A stretch of DNA of 64,000 bases from Brevinematales bacterium (GTDB taxonomy: Bacteria > Spirochaetota > Brevinematia > Brevinematales > GWF1-51-8), in NCBI GenBank assembly GCA_013177895.1, contig JABLXV010000007.1, positions 23,992 through 87,991 on the forward strand, read 5' to 3'. The first letter of the stretch is position 1, and every line of letters begins with the position of its first letter. Below the pieces are notes generated by a model. It was given only the letters and a program-made list of their open reading frames with translations, did not search any database and had not been told where the DNA came from. The position numbers and the translations under genes are program-made. Below, in pieces: positions 63,700 to 64,000 of the stretch.

Positions 63700-64000
63700 A
63701 TGCCCGAATTAGCCCACCGTGTCAAATCGGTTTCCGCCTCAGAAACACTCGCTATCGCCGCAAGAGCGAAAGCATTGAAAAAACAGGGCGTGGACGTTAT
63801 TTCTTTGGCTGCCGGCGAGCCCGACTGGGATATGCCCTACGAGGCGAAAGAAGCCGCGTTGACTGCGGTCCGCGAAGGGAATACCCGTTATACCGCCGCG
63901 TCCGGTCTCCCGGAATTAAAGGAAGCGGTCGCTGAAAAACTTACCGCCGAGAATAAGATAGAAACTGTCGCGTCGAACGTGATCATCACTACCGGCGCGA
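63700..64000 (+). CDS. Pyridoxal-phosphate-dependent (class I, AspC-like) aminotransferase, N-terminal part (runs off the window)
   Basis: My own translation gives MPELAHRVKSVSASETLAIAARAKALKKQGVDVISLAAGEPDWDMPYEAKEAALTAVREGNTRYTAASGLPELKEAVAEKL.. This is a typical aspartate aminotransferase N-terminus. AAAGAGG lies upstream. Confidence 0.85.
   Translation, partial: MPELAHRVKSVSASETLAIAARAKALKKQGVDVISLAAGEPDWDMPYEAKEAALTAVREGNTRYTAASGLPELKEAVAEKLTAENKIETVASNVIITTGA

Overview
This is a 64-kb chromosomal window from a diderm bacterium with mid-to-high GC (judged by eye). It has a TonB/ExbB/ExbD set, a TonB-dependent receptor and many lipobox proteins. A FlaA-like gene hints at Spirochaetota, but only tentatively. 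I support about 57 protein genes and found no rRNA, tRNA or CRISPR.

Housekeeping blocks:
- recA-argC-argJ
- murC
- radA
- cmk-tyrA-DAHP synthase
- rpsB-tsf-pyrH-rsmD-tsaB

Accessory content:
- Four giant surface lipoproteins share an Ig-like stalk but carry different C-terminal payloads (two GH13 starch enzymes, one parallel beta-helix, one cut by the window edge). Two further GH13 genes are also present.
- There is a triple hsp20 operon.
- A low-GC ArsR/methyltransferase/DsrE-like cassette is bracketed by about 114-nt direct repeats.
- An operon joins a HAMP protein, a UPF0182 membrane protein and a CHAT-type protease-like protein.
- c-di-GMP components include a PilZ protein and a GGDEF protein with a degenerate GGQEF site but an intact RxxD I-site.

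The most unusual non-genic signals:
1. A roughly 0.9-kb insertion sits at the 3' end of radA, bounded by 28-nt direct repeats that duplicate the radA terminus. It carries an AT-rich 46-codon membrane-peptide gene and an ORF-free, GC-rich, strongly self-complementary block of about 0.5 kb with hairpin termini. That block is a candidate large ncRNA or MITE.
2. Three unannotated small single-pass membrane-peptide genes lie next to it.
3. A 49-nt x 5 non-coding tandem array sits in a promoter region.
4. Several dispersed REP/MITE-like repeat families nest in intergenic regions and bracket gene cassettes.

All homology calls rest on motif recognition by eye. No database search was possible.
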